DNA of 64,000 bases from a virus. The translations under genes and the position numbers were made by a program. Position 1 is the stretch's first letter. Each line of letters begins with the position of its first letter. Positions 39,357-48,113 of this stretch are shown here, piece after piece. A model generated the notes under the pieces. That model was not told the origin of the DNA. It ran no database searches and saw only the letters and a list, made by a program, of their open reading frames with translations. The DNA lies in the IMG/VR virus record IMGVR_UViG_3300025141_000036, positions 48,402 through 112,401 of that record. One strand, 5' to 3'.

Positions 39357-39713
39357 TTATTTCATGTATTCTACGGCAAGATTGTTTTCTAGCAACAGAT
39401 CGTTGATACTTTTTTCACTTTTTTCATCATCCTCGATGTGCCAGATGGTTGCAAGATATCTACCGTACTTTCCTTTCTTATGAGACTCAACATAAATCTC
39501 TTTTCCTAAACACTTTTCCCTAACGTAATCTCGAGCTCGCCGGGCGTAACTTTTAGTTTCTTCCGTTCCTCCCCGTAATTCGGGGGTGTCTATTCCTAAA
39601 AGACGAAGTTTAATGTTACGGAGGACAACCGAAAACCCAAGATCAAGGTCAACAGTTAGAGTATCTCCATCATAGACACTTGTTACGGTCGCCTTATAAA
39701 TGTAGAGGTTCAT
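39357..39713 (-). CDS. Thermonuclease (SNase) family
   Basis: VYDGDT, RLLGIDTPE, GKYGRYLA. Confidence 0.9.
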   Translation of the reverse strand: MNLYIYKATVTSVYDGDTLTVDLDLGFSVVLRNIKLRLLGIDTPELRGGTEETKSYARRARDYVREKCLGKEIYVESHKKGKYGRYLATIWHIEDDEKSEKSINDLLLENNLAVEYMK

Positions 39714-41656
39714 TTGGGTTCTTTTTTAAATTTCAATAATTCATTAAGAATTCTTTGAGATTCTTCATCGAGATCCTTCGCTGGCCGACTCATTAGAATC
39801 TCATCAGCCACTTCTGCAAGTTGATTACCAAAATCTTTTCCAAGTTGGGTCATTACTTCTACACTAAAGTTCCTTTTTGCAGCTTCCATAAAAGCGGCCA
39901 GATTTTCTCTTTGATGATCTAATTGCTCTTCGTTGAAACTAGGGTTTTGAAGCGCGTTTGTGGTCCAATTAAAATAAAGCACCATATTACCCCCATGAGA
40001 GAATCTAACTCTCTGAATGCTGTTCGAGGCATCAAAAAATTCATCCCATTCTCTGGGGATCATATTTATGACATAATCATCAGCAAGAACTTCTGTTCTT
40101 TGAAGTCTTCTAGCAGCGTTCTTATAATCTCTCACATCGTCATATGTCGCATGACCGGCCTCCGAGCCCACTTTAAGAAGTTTTCTTTTTATTCTCATAC
40201 TCATAGAAATTCTATCTTCTTGGGCAATCCATGTCAGCCTAGAAAAGTCTCCCTCTGTCCGTATATTATCTCCTTCGTAGCTTTTAACATTATAGAACCC
40301 ATCGGTAATTTGCTGTTTCATTTGAGACCAAGTTGCTGTAAGTGATTTGTTTGATTTAAGTCCGAGGTACATTAAAAAATTATAAACTTTACGCTTGACA
40401 TCTCCACCTTGAACATGCTCCCAAGCATAATTGCTAATTTCTGGCTTTCCCATTTTTTCGTAGAACCATTTGATATAGGGCCAATATTCTTCCTTTGGAA
40501 CTTGATTGCTATTTCCGAGCACCTGAATAATAGCGTTGACCCCTTGATTCCATTCAATCATCACGTGCCACCGGGGCTTTCCGGCCTCACTATAACTCAT
40601 TAAATTAAAGAGTTCACTGCCGCCCATGGATGCTTGTCCACAATTATTTAAATGTCGAGCAGACAGATCACAATTATCAGACCTTACATCATACCAAAAG
40701 AACCCGTCGTCAAATTGATGAAAAACACAAGGTTCATCCCACTCAGCAGATGCATCATCACAAGGAGTCATATCAATATTTAACAACTCATCTTCGATCC
40801 ATTCATTTGTTGCACCAATAATATTAATGTTAATGTTATCATCTGCCGCCTCCTTTTCGACCTTCTTGCGAAAAGCAGTAAGTTTTTTAGCATTGGCATC
40901 GCTGCCTTCGGAACGAGTACTGTAGCCGTCTTCATCAACGAATTGTATAATGTTGAGAATTCTGCTGGTCATTAAGTTAGCTTCTTGAAATTGTAGTGAT
41001 TGGATTTGCTGCGTGATTATATGATCGACATGCTCCGCCGGGTCTTGATCCATACCTTCGGTATCAATTGACTTCCAGAATTTACCCAGTTGTTTGTCGA
41101 GACTAGAGATCATCTTGTTCATGGCTCGAAGTTTCCCCATTGCTCCTTTATTCATTTGTGCATCTTTAATTTTATCAATCCAGCCCTTTTTTTCTTTCAA
41201 ATTCAAGACCTTATTAACAAACCCTCGAGCTTTTGTGAAATCCTCTGGTCGCTCATTGGCTGTTTGAAAATAAAATGAAGTAAGATTTTTAAATACTGTA
41301 GTATATTTTTCCCAAATGTTTTCGGCGTTTAGAAACCGAAAAATCAAACTATCCATGCTATATTTGAAAAGAATGTTTTCAGCAATCTTGCCTTTGGTGG
41401 TTTGATCAGCAATGTGAGATCTCAATTCTTCGAAATGTTTAGGCCACCCCGAGTCCCAAGCTTCATGCAGCAAACCGCCGGATGGCATTTCGCCAAAATT
41501 TTCCTCTGTTTCAGACATTACTTCCGCAATTGTCTCGTAGAGACTCGCGCGATTTAATGTTGTTTTCGTTGATTCTTTTTTCTCTTCCTCTATAACCCCC
41601 GCATCATCGAGGACTTCGGAGAGCATCTTAAATAAATTCTTTCGATTAACTTTCAC
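39710..41656 (-). CDS. Large hypothetical (putative virion) protein
   Basis: Repeated leader RKNLFKMLSEVL / RASLYETIAEVM. Confidence 0.65.
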   Translation of the reverse strand: MKVNRKNLFKMLSEVLDDAGVIEEEKKESTKTTLNRASLYETIAEVMSETEENFGEMPSGGLLHEAWDSGWPKHFEELRSHIADQTTKGKIAENILFKYSMDSLIFRFLNAENIWEKYTTVFKNLTSFYFQTANERPEDFTKARGFVNKVLNLKEKKGWIDKIKDAQMNKGAMGKLRAMNKMISSLDKQLGKFWKSIDTEGMDQDPAEHVDHIITQQIQSLQFQEANLMTSRILNIIQFVDEDGYSTRSEGSDANAKKLTAFRKKVEKEAADDNININIIGATNEWIEDELLNIDMTPCDDASAEWDEPCVFHQFDDGFFWYDVRSDNCDLSARHLNNCGQASMGGSELFNLMSYSEAGKPRWHVMIEWNQGVNAIIQVLGNSNQVPKEEYWPYIKWFYEKMGKPEISNYAWEHVQGGDVKRKVYNFLMYLGLKSNKSLTATWSQMKQQITDGFYNVKSYEGDNIRTEGDFSRLTWIAQEDRISMSMRIKRKLLKVGSEAGHATYDDVRDYKNAARRLQRTEVLADDYVINMIPREWDEFFDASNSIQRVRFSHGGNMVLYFNWTTNALQNPSFNEEQLDHQRENLAAFMEAAKRNFSVEVMTQLGKDFGNQLAEVADEILMSRPAKDLDEESQRILNELLKFKKEPK

Positions 41657-42081
41657 TTCTTTTTTCCTTCATATTTAAAGCCAAAGAGTCCCGGACGAGG
41701 AGCTCTTCGTGCGTTAGCATAAGGCAACTGTCCCTTGGAAGGTGGAGTGCCTAATACAGCCGAGAAATGCAACTCAAAGGCCATTTTGAATCCAGCCTTA
41801 TAGGAAGCGCTTCTATGCTCTGTTGCTACATCAATGTACTTGAGTAGACCCTTCTTGGTCTGCTTCTCACGCTTTTTAAGCAGTCGAGCAGTGGTTCTCT
41901 TCCCATCGCTGAGACCTTTGTTCCATTCTGGACCGCCAAGATCGATTGAATTTAACTCATCAGGGGAGTCCCCAACATCAGACAGAGGATTCTCAAGTTT
42001 CCCAATGCTAAAAGCATCATCATCGGACTCTCTCATTACTTCTTCAATAAGCGTAACAATCAATTGTTTCGTTAGTTTCAT
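41653..42081 (-). CDS. Putative virion protein with MKLTKQLIVTLIEEVM leader
   Basis: Leader motif; ATGA coupling. Confidence 0.65.
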   Translation of the reverse strand: MKLTKQLIVTLIEEVMRESDDDAFSIGKLENPLSDVGDSPDELNSIDLGGPEWNKGLSDGKRTTARLLKKREKQTKKGLLKYIDVATEHRSASYKAGFKMAFELHFSAVLGTPPSKGQLPYANARRAPRPGLFGFKYEGKKK

Positions 42082-42542
42082 ACACCCGACCACTTATTTT
42101 GTTGTTTCTTGGTGGCAACAATGTTCCCCTGGTTATCAAGGAGATTGGCGTATTTGTCTGTAATCCCTTTTCTTTGTAAAATAAAATTGGCTACATCCCA
42201 AAAGCGACCTTCTTCATCTGGTTCGACATATTTGCCGTTAATGTTGATGTAGTAGGGGACGCTCTCAATGTTCCCATCTAGATCGATTACGTCCTGGGTA
42301 ATTTGTAGAACAATATTATTTTTCTGGTAGTTCTTCTTAAGGTTGTGAGTCCACCCTGAATCAACAGCGGCCTTTATGCGAACCATCCCACCAGGAATCT
42401 TCGGAGTGCCCGTTAGCGACTTATCAAAGAACACCAGTGCGGAGTCCCAAGGTTTTATTTGTGAAAACCCCTTTCTCTTATCAGCTTCTTGCTGTAGCTC
42501 TTCTTCAATCATTTCCATGATTAATTTTTTTGTTACCTTCAT
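42078..42542 (-). CDS. Putative virion protein with MKVTKKLIMEMIEEEL leader
   Basis: Leader motif; ATGA coupling. Confidence 0.65.
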   Translation of the reverse strand: MKVTKKLIMEMIEEELQQEADKRKGFSQIKPWDSALVFFDKSLTGTPKIPGGMVRIKAAVDSGWTHNLKKNYQKNNIVLQITQDVIDLDGNIESVPYYININGKYVEPDEEGRFWDVANFILQRKGITDKYANLLDNQGNIVATKKQQNKWSGV

Positions 42543-42754
42543 TCCTTACACTCCTCTGGCAATTGTGATTTTAATTCTTTTTTGTAAACATCTATTGTGG
42601 GTTGAACCCACGAAATTTTTGGGCAAAGCTCTTTGTGATCCTTTTTGTCTTGTAGAAACAACTCTAGAGCAGTCATATCGCGCTTCAAATCATCGCAATC
42701 CTGTGCTATTGTTGGATCACCATTGAACAGTAATACAAACATCCCGACGGTCAT
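42539..42754 (-). CDS. Small secreted hypothetical protein
   Basis: Hydrophobic N-terminus, three Cys. Confidence 0.55.
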   Translation of the reverse strand: MTVGMFVLLFNGDPTIAQDCDDLKRDMTALELFLQDKKDHKELCPKISWVQPTIDVYKKELKSQLPEECKE

Positions 42755-43023
42755 TGGCTTGTCACCAGATGCTCGATCCGACCCAGGGAACCCTTCATAT
42801 ACTCGATGTCTTTCTCGATTCCTATGATCTGCTTCGCGTTGTCGTCCGAGCCTGCTATCTTTTTTTCAAGTAGGTCGATTGCCTCCTGTGCATCACCCAA
42901 GTCATTCTCAAGTTCTGCCACCATTACATTGGTGTTCCATACCCAGCCTGCTAAAGGAATTACTAGCATCCCTAGGCACATCTGCAGCATCTTCCACACA
43001 TCGTCTTTTGTCAAGTTAGACAT
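42751..43023 (-). CDS. TM + coiled-coil protein (holin/spanin-like architecture)
   Basis: One TM helix then heptad repeats. Confidence 0.55.
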   Translation of the reverse strand: MSNLTKDDVWKMLQMCLGMLVIPLAGWVWNTNVMVAELENDLGDAQEAIDLLEKKIAGSDDNAKQIIGIEKDIEYMKGSLGRIEHLVTSQ

Positions 43024-43355
43024 CTATAAAGCTCCCAAATTTTTTTTAGAATATTTTTGCTATCCTAAATAGTGTCTCAATGATCTAATTGGGGGAAAAT
43101 GCAAAATCTGGGAATTTTTGTGGAGGGTCCTGGTGTACCTCGCTGCGCTCGCCGCCGAAACCGTAACATGTAGCACTTATTTCGAACCGACGGACATCGC
43201 ACGACCCACGGGGGAGGGAGGAGTACCCCCCTCGAACCGCAACTTAAATTTGTTACGCGAAAACTGAAGCGACAGCATAAACGAAACACATGCCAGCCAG
43301 TGTAACAACGTAGCACCAGAAAATCATCTGGCATAACATTACTAGACGTTTCATG

Positions 43356-43961
43356 TTACACCTGCGTAACAGGTGTCGGTGTCCAGTCGTTACCGAATGT
43401 TTCGTTGAGTTCAGCAACCAACCAATCAGGTCGCGCTTCATCCTCGAGAGTACCGACGTTAGACGCAGGCTTCTTAGGAGCGCGAGGCTTCGGGGCTTTC
43501 GCACGCTTGCGCTCGGACTTAGGAAGTTCCATAGCGAACTCATCAAACTCCCAACCGAAAGCCTCGGCATCATCGATGTTAACGATGACCTCGTTGTCCT
43601 CGGTGCAACGGGCGATTAAGCTCTCAATCATTCCATTGACCAGCGCGGTCGCACCGATGAAAGCATCTTGGCAACTCCAGTGAGCACCTTTGCCAGTGTT
43701 AGGGCACAGACCATCACGACGCGCCTCAAGACCAGCGATTTCAATCTCTGCTGAAGCAGTGCGAGCAGCAGACACGGCAGTAATGCGCTCCAGCGCACCC
43801 CATTCGGGCGAGGTGATTGCAATGCGGAGGCGAGAGCCTGAGCGCGTCACGACCTCACCAAAGCCAAGCGACGGGTGCATGGCAATAGTGCCACGCGCAG
43901 GAATGCGAGTACCAGCAGGAGTGAGAACAGGGATGAGAGTTGAAGTTTCAAGAGTAGTCAT
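43356..43961 (-). CDS. Hypothetical early-type protein, GC-richer codon usage
   Basis: SD GGAGG, own promoter; HPSLGFGEV Tudor/SH3-like motif. Confidence 0.7.
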   Translation of the reverse strand: MTTLETSTLIPVLTPAGTRIPARGTIAMHPSLGFGEVVTRSGSRLRIAITSPEWGALERITAVSAARTASAEIEIAGLEARRDGLCPNTGKGAHWSCQDAFIGATALVNGMIESLIARCTEDNEVIVNIDDAEAFGWEFDEFAMELPKSERKRAKAPKPRAPKKPASNVGTLEDEARPDWLVAELNETFGNDWTPTPVTQV

Positions 43962-44013
43962 AAAGTGCCTCCAGAGGCGAGAGAAGAAAGAAAAATTTCT
44001 TTCTTACATGTAT

Positions 44014-44042
44014 AATATAGCATAGTTGGAAAGGGTTGTCAA
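44014..44042 (-). promoter_or_regulatory. Sigma70-type promoter (GGACA-N5-TGTCC palindrome at 44062-44076 upstream)
   Basis: TTGACA-N17-TATATT. Confidence 0.8.
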
Positions 44043-44090
44043 ATTTAATTTAAGGGTTTTCGGACAGATTATGTCCTTTATTTATATGGT

Positions 44091-44210
44091 CTAAGTTTCA
44101 TCATCTGATAACTCCTGAAGTTGCATGAGGTGATAGGCTTCACAAAGAAGAATGCCTGCAATGGTGGAAAGGAACATAACGACAACAACGTCGAACGGGG
44201 TAATAATCAT
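44091..44210 (-). CDS. Small TM peptide (not in ORF track)
   Basis: MIITPFDVVVVMFLSTIAGILLC..., SD GGAGG. Confidence 0.55.
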   Translation of the reverse strand: MIITPFDVVVVMFLSTIAGILLCEAYHLMQLQELSDDET

Positions 44211-44222
44211 AGAGCCTCCAGA

Positions 44223-44570
44223 TTATTGGTTTCTATAAGCGTCAAGAGCGACCTCTGAGGACACTCCATTGCGAGAGTAGTGTAATGCAGTAGAGGCGTT
44301 TGCAACGTCCATTCTAACACGTTGTACGCCTGCCTTAATGACAACGTAGTATTGACCGCTGGGAGCCACGAAAGCGTCAGCAGCATAGTTGCCAACGACT
44401 TCTGGAACCTTGTTTGGCAGCCGACCTGTTGAATAGGCTTGAGCAGTGGAGAAGTTGTGACAAGCGACATAGCGCGATCTGTCGGGAGTGACGGCAAAGA
44501 GCTGAGTGATTGGATCCAAAGCAGTTGAAGAAGGATCGGTGATAAGAGCAGAGCGAGAAATGATAGTCAT
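44223..44570 (-). CDS. Hypothetical protein
   Basis: SD GAGG, promoter upstream. Confidence 0.65.
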   Translation of the reverse strand: MTIISRSALITDPSSTALDPITQLFAVTPDRSRYVACHNFSTAQAYSTGRLPNKVPEVVGNYAADAFVAPSGQYYVVIKAGVQRVRMDVANASTALHYSRNGVSSEVALDAYRNQ

Positions 44571-44618
44571 AAAGACCTCGAATGAAATAGAGCAACGAAA
44601 TTGTTTACCCTATACTAT

Positions 44619-44647
44619 AATGTAACCCATTCTAATCCTGTTGTCAA
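44619..44647 (-). promoter_or_regulatory. Sigma70-type promoter
   Basis: TTGACA-N17-TACATT. Confidence 0.75.
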
Positions 44648-44748
44648 GTTAAATGGGTCACTTTTATTTTCTTTTGACATTTCCCTGACATCTTTTTATG
44701 GACGTCGATAGCTCGGGGCGTGTAGCAATTCCGCTCTTAGAGGGTTCC

Positions 44749-44824
44749 ATAGTTATGTAAAGTATTTTCCTCTTCTTATAGTTATGTAAAGTATTTGCTC
44801 TTATCATAGTTATGTAAAGTATTT
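44749..44824. repeat. Three exact 19-bp direct repeats ATAGTTATGTAAAGTATTT
   Basis: Copies at 44749, 44778, 44806 (period 28-29 bp). Confidence 0.95.
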
Positions 44825-45326
44825 CGATGACCTCCGAAACTTCGTTTCGTTACGCATGTTACACGCGCATCACACGTAACACGTAACACACACGTTTTTT
44901 ATGAAATAAAAAAGCCCAATAAAATCGGGGGGTTAAGTCACATTGCTCTAGGAGGTTTCCATTGTTTTTCCGTAACACCTGCGGCTGTTACACGGGTTAC
45001 GCGCTACTTACATACGAGTGTTTCGCCTATAACCCCCGCAGTCCCGAAGGGAGCGGGTCTATTACACCCACAGTGCTGGCACACAGGCACACACAACACA
45101 GAACCCGCACAATCGCCCTCAGAGGCTTTCTAAAGCCCTTGCATTGCCAACACCCCCATGCAACACACCAAACGCGCTCAATGCCTGTTTACAGCCTCCA
45201 ATGTGCATCTGTGATCATCTGTAGGCACGAACTCACGGACGCACCACACGACATACACACAAAATAAAATCCTCTCCAAGAGAGAAGTGGGCACGGGGTA
45301 GGGGGGTAGATGGGTAGAAGGTCGGA

Positions 45327-45491
45327 TTAGACAGGCTCTAACAATGATTTCATTATCCAATAGTCCATTGGCTTCTTCTTGAGTTCCCTACACAATGCAA
45401 AGCCCTCTTGATAACAGTCGCCAATCTCCACAACCAAGAACATCAAGCAACCACGAACAACCAAGTCACCGACGCTAATCCTTGATGTCAC
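45327..45491 (-). CDS. GDLV SH3-like small protein
   Basis: ISVGDLVVRG; GTG start after GAGG. Confidence 0.6.
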   Translation of the reverse strand: MTSRISVGDLVVRGCLMFLVVEIGDCYQEGFALCRELKKKPMDYWIMKSLLEPV

Positions 45492-45660
45492 TGAGAACCT
45501 CATAGCAAAGATAGAACGATGGGATCGTACAGGTGTGAACGTGTTCATAACGATCAAGCATCCTCACCTCAATGTAGTCCATTCCTACCTTGTGATTATG
45601 TACCTTCGTAGCGTGTCCATACTCGCCTGATTGTATTCCTCTTACTAATTTATTTTTCAT
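45475..45660 (-). CDS. Divergent SH3-like small protein
   Basis: KLVRG...YG...YEVL. Confidence 0.55.
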   Translation of the reverse strand: MKNKLVRGIQSGEYGHATKVHNHKVGMDYIEVRMLDRYEHVHTCTIPSFYLCYEVLSDIKD

Positions 45661-45839
45661 GTGTTCTCCGATGTTTCAACCAGCGTCACCCATTCGGACG
45701 AGTGGTTTGATGTAACTCCATTCGACCATTGCACACACAGACCTTGAACGTCCCATGCGGCTTCTGGTGCGGTGGCTTCCAGCACGATACCGACCAATGA
45801 CGGCTTGTCTCTCCAGCAGACCAAATCTCCTACCTTCAT
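45657..45839 (-). CDS. GDLV SH3-like small protein
   Basis: MKVGDLVCW...GIV...VQW. Confidence 0.8.
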   Translation of the reverse strand: MKVGDLVCWRDKPSLVGIVLEATAPEAAWDVQGLCVQWSNGVTSNHSSEWVTLVETSENT

Positions 45840-46000
45840 GCGTTCTCCTTTATCCGAACGAGCCAGCCGCTTGAATGGCAACTTTCAACTCCATTTCCCC
45901 ACAACACCGTAATCACGCTGTTTCTGTGGACGTTTACGACGATCCCGATGTAATCTTCGGGAACTGCATTACCATACTTAACTAAATCGCCTACTTGCAT
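45836..46000 (-). CDS. GDLV SH3-like small protein
   Basis: MQVGDLVKY...GIV...VLW. Confidence 0.8.
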   Translation of the reverse strand: MQVGDLVKYGNAVPEDYIGIVVNVHRNSVITVLWGNGVESCHSSGWLVRIKENA

Positions 46001-46179
46001 ATCTTCTCCAAATCTTCCACGTGTGCCCTCACTCTCCCATTTCTGCACTGGATAAGAGCCGAAGCTTTCTTCCAACTGTAAACCGATGATGATGTTGTTC
46101 GCACCCAGCGGATTGTGACAATCTCACCAGTGTATTCTCTATCTCTATTGTTTACCTTCACTAAATCACCTACTTTCAT
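45991..46179 (-). CDS. GDLV SH3-like small protein
   Basis: MKVGDLVKV...LEKICK. Confidence 0.8.
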   Translation of the reverse strand: MKVGDLVKVNNRDREYTGEIVTIRWVRTTSSSVYSWKKASALIQCRNGRVRAHVEDLEKICK

Positions 46180-46364
46180 AGAACCTCCAAATAATCGCGA
46201 TGAACATCGCTTATCATGCCATTGCTCCAGCCAACCTTGTAGCAGGACACAATGTCTCCATCACTCATCACAACACCGATCTGTTGCCGATAGACATTTC
46301 CTTCTTCTCTTAAGCAACTTGCTATCCAAGACAGCGACCATTTAACTAAATCACCTTTATTCAT
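46176..46364 (-). CDS. GDLV SH3-like small protein
   Basis: MNKGDLVKW...LEVL. Confidence 0.8.
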   Translation of the reverse strand: MNKGDLVKWSLSWIASCLREEGNVYRQQIGVVMSDGDIVSCYKVGWSNGMISDVHRDYLEVL

Positions 46365-46518
46365 TTATGACCTCCAGCCATTCGCGCTTTTCTAATCGCT
46401 TGTCTTTGTTTGTTTGCACCACGACCCAAGCCGTTGCGCTTGATACGTTGTATTTGATTTCCAAGATGATCCCGAGTTCATCGAACCTTCTGCATTTAAC
46501 TAAATCACCTACTTTCAT
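46357..46518 (-). CDS. GDLV SH3-like small protein (not in ORF track)
   Basis: MKVGDLVKCRRFDELGII...WLEVINE. Confidence 0.8.
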   Translation of the reverse strand: MKVGDLVKCRRFDELGIILEIKYNVSSATAWVVVQTNKDKRLEKREWLEVINE

Positions 46519-46654
46519 CTATCAACTCCAAATCTCTTTCTAAATGGTAGCCATCTGTTCCATCTGCCCAGCGGCAGACGACCACAGAACCGACCTCCAC
46601 AACGATCCCAATGTCACCATCGAGGCGGTATCTTACTAAATCACCTACTTTCAT
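46505..46654 (-). CDS. GDLV SH3-like small protein (not in ORF track)
   Basis: MKVGDLVRYRLDGDIGIV...WADG...LELIDESR. Confidence 0.8.
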   Translation of the reverse strand: MKVGDLVRYRLDGDIGIVVEVGSVVVCRWADGTDGYHLERDLELIDESR

Positions 46655-46823
46655 TTATCACCTCGACACCATCGAAATACAGCCAGTAAATACCGCCCGT
46701 TGTTAAACTTTGAACCATCACTTTCCTTTGTGCTTGCTCGATGATTTCGACCACCATCGAAAGTTGCCGATGGAATGGCTGAGCATGCAACCTTCTTTCT
46801 ATAACTAAATCACCTGCTTTCAT
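46641..46823 (-). CDS. GDLV SH3-like small protein
   Basis: MKAGDLVI...VEVINESR. Confidence 0.8.
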   Translation of the reverse strand: MKAGDLVIERRLHAQPFHRQLSMVVEIIEQAQRKVMVQSLTTGGIYWLYFDGVEVINESR

Positions 46824-47001
46824 TGAAGCCTCCGATTTCTGAGCATGCGACCAGTTCAATGTCCTCTCGGGAGCAAAGAACCTGTGTGCTGTTGAGCAAC
46901 TGGACGTTAGCCAGCATTTCATCGTTGTCATCGTCCCACTGAAAGTCGATTATTATTCCCAGACCGAAGTCCTTGTCTTTTACTAAATCCCCTATGTTCA
47001 T
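46810..47001 (-). CDS. GDLV SH3-like small protein
   Basis: MNIGDLVKDKDFGLGII. Confidence 0.8.
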   Translation of the reverse strand: MNIGDLVKDKDFGLGIIIDFQWDDDNDEMLANVQLLNSTQVLCSREDIELVACSEIGGFNESR

Positions 47002-47013
47002 GTGTCCTCCAGA

Positions 47014-47232
47014 CTACGGGGTTATTGGAATGACTTCACGAGCGTAAAGCCAATAAGAGTTGCCGAGGCTCTCGAAATGAACCTTGACTAGAACCGTTGC
47101 ACCATCTTTGTATCCTTCGATGTCAACGACAATGCCCATTGTGTTAGTTGACCACTGTTTGTGAACATTTTCATGAATGTGAAGCCGAAGCACATCACTG
47201 TCCACTGTCACAAGGTCACCAACTTCAAACAT
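47014..47232 (-). CDS. GDLV SH3-like small protein
   Basis: MFEVGDLVTV...MGIVV. Confidence 0.8.
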   Translation of the reverse strand: MFEVGDLVTVDSDVLRLHIHENVHKQWSTNTMGIVVDIEGYKDGATVLVKVHFESLGNSYWLYAREVIPITP

Positions 47233-47254
47233 TGATTGTTCCTCCTACATGATA

Positions 47255-47283
47255 TACTTATCTCGTTTAGAACAAACTGTCAA
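47255..47283 (-). promoter_or_regulatory. Class-17 promoter (palindrome GGACA-N5-TGTCC at 47314-47328 upstream)
   Basis: TTGACA-N17-TAAGTA. Confidence 0.6.
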
Positions 47284-47572
47284 GTAAATCGGACAAGTTT
47301 TTTGGATCTTTTCGGACAGTTTTTGTCCGTTTCTTAAATCCATTCTTTCGTCCCTCCTTGTAAAGCACCGTGGCACGGGCTTCATCAATGAACTCTACTT
47401 CATCACCCAATGTAAAGTATTTCCGAGGCATGAAGAACTTCTGAGATTGTCCTGTGGCTTGAAAAGTGACCATGAACAGGTCATCGCGTGGATCTTTTCG
47501 GTATTTGGTGAGTTGAGCAGCCCCTACTCCATAGGTTTTGTGCTCACAATATCTGTAGGTTTCTTCAGTCAT
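47267..47572 (-). CDS. Hypothetical protein
   Basis: HKTYGVG Tudor-like motif. Confidence 0.6.
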   Translation of the reverse strand: MTEETYRYCEHKTYGVGAAQLTKYRKDPRDDLFMVTFQATGQSQKFFMPRKYFTLGDEVEFIDEARATVLYKEGRKNGFKKRTKTVRKDPKNLSDLLDSLF

Positions 47573-47732
47573 AATCGACCTCATCTGTTAAAAAGGTTAA
47601 AATTGCGTGGTGGTGGGCATTATAGTTAAAAATTACAGGAGTGTCATAATCATCGAAGAACCAGACATGCCAGTAGTCATTGACCATCTTGGCATGTCCA
47701 TATCCGCGATCAAAATGCCTGACAAGCCTCAT
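47565..47732 (-). CDS. Small hypothetical protein (not in ORF track)
   Basis: MRLVRHFDRGYGHAK..., ATGA coupling. Confidence 0.55.
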   Translation of the reverse strand: MRLVRHFDRGYGHAKMVNDYWHVWFFDDYDTPVIFNYNAHHHAILTFLTDEVDYD

Positions 47733-48031
47733 CGCCTGTCGCGTGGCACAAGCCCCGCTTGCCTTGCAGCCTCAACAAGCATGATGTTGCGACGGGGAAC
47801 TTGTTGTTTGACCATCCCAACATGCGACGATGTTGTCTGAGATCGGTATGCGTTTCCACGGGCTGTGTAGTCATACACGATTGTGCAAGCACCGCCATTC
47901 TCCTTGATGTGCTCGGCAATGCGTAGGTTGTAAGAAAAGAGCGATTGACCATCTGTAGTCAAAGCACCCGCGTTCAAGGGTCGTTGGTTCATAAAAGCCT
48001 CTACGACTTGTTCATTTGTAAATCTAGCCAT
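47729..48031 (-). CDS. Hypothetical phage protein
   Basis: LFSYNLRIA...SQTTSSHV; SD GGAGG. Confidence 0.7.
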   Translation of the reverse strand: MARFTNEQVVEAFMNQRPLNAGALTTDGQSLFSYNLRIAEHIKENGGACTIVYDYTARGNAYRSQTTSSHVGMVKQQVPRRNIMLVEAARQAGLVPRDRR

Positions 48032-48064
48032 TGTTACCTCCAATGGTGTTTGGGTTATATATAA

Positions 48065-48093
48065 TACCTATCGGGTTGGATAGGATTTGTCAA
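48065..48093 (-). promoter_or_regulatory. Class-17 promoter with TATAACCCAAAC leader
   Basis: TTGACA-N17-TAGGTA. Confidence 0.65.
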
Positions 48094-48113
48094 GAAAATA
48101 GTTGAAAACAGTT

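Larger units (their letters stand above)
45327..47232 (-). repeat. GDLV SH3-like gene cassette array, block 1 (~11 genes)
   Basis: Recurring junction TTGGAGGTnnTnnATG(A/C)AAGTAGG(T/A)GATTTAGT. Confidence 0.9.

Noticed and set aside
44749-44824. Mini-CRISPR from the three 19-bp repeats
   Set aside because: Spacers are only 9-10 bp, far too short.
45178-45360. 60-aa minus-strand ORF ending in LEAV as another cassette
   Set aside because: It lacks the GDLV head and an SD, and lies in a low-complexity non-coding stretch.
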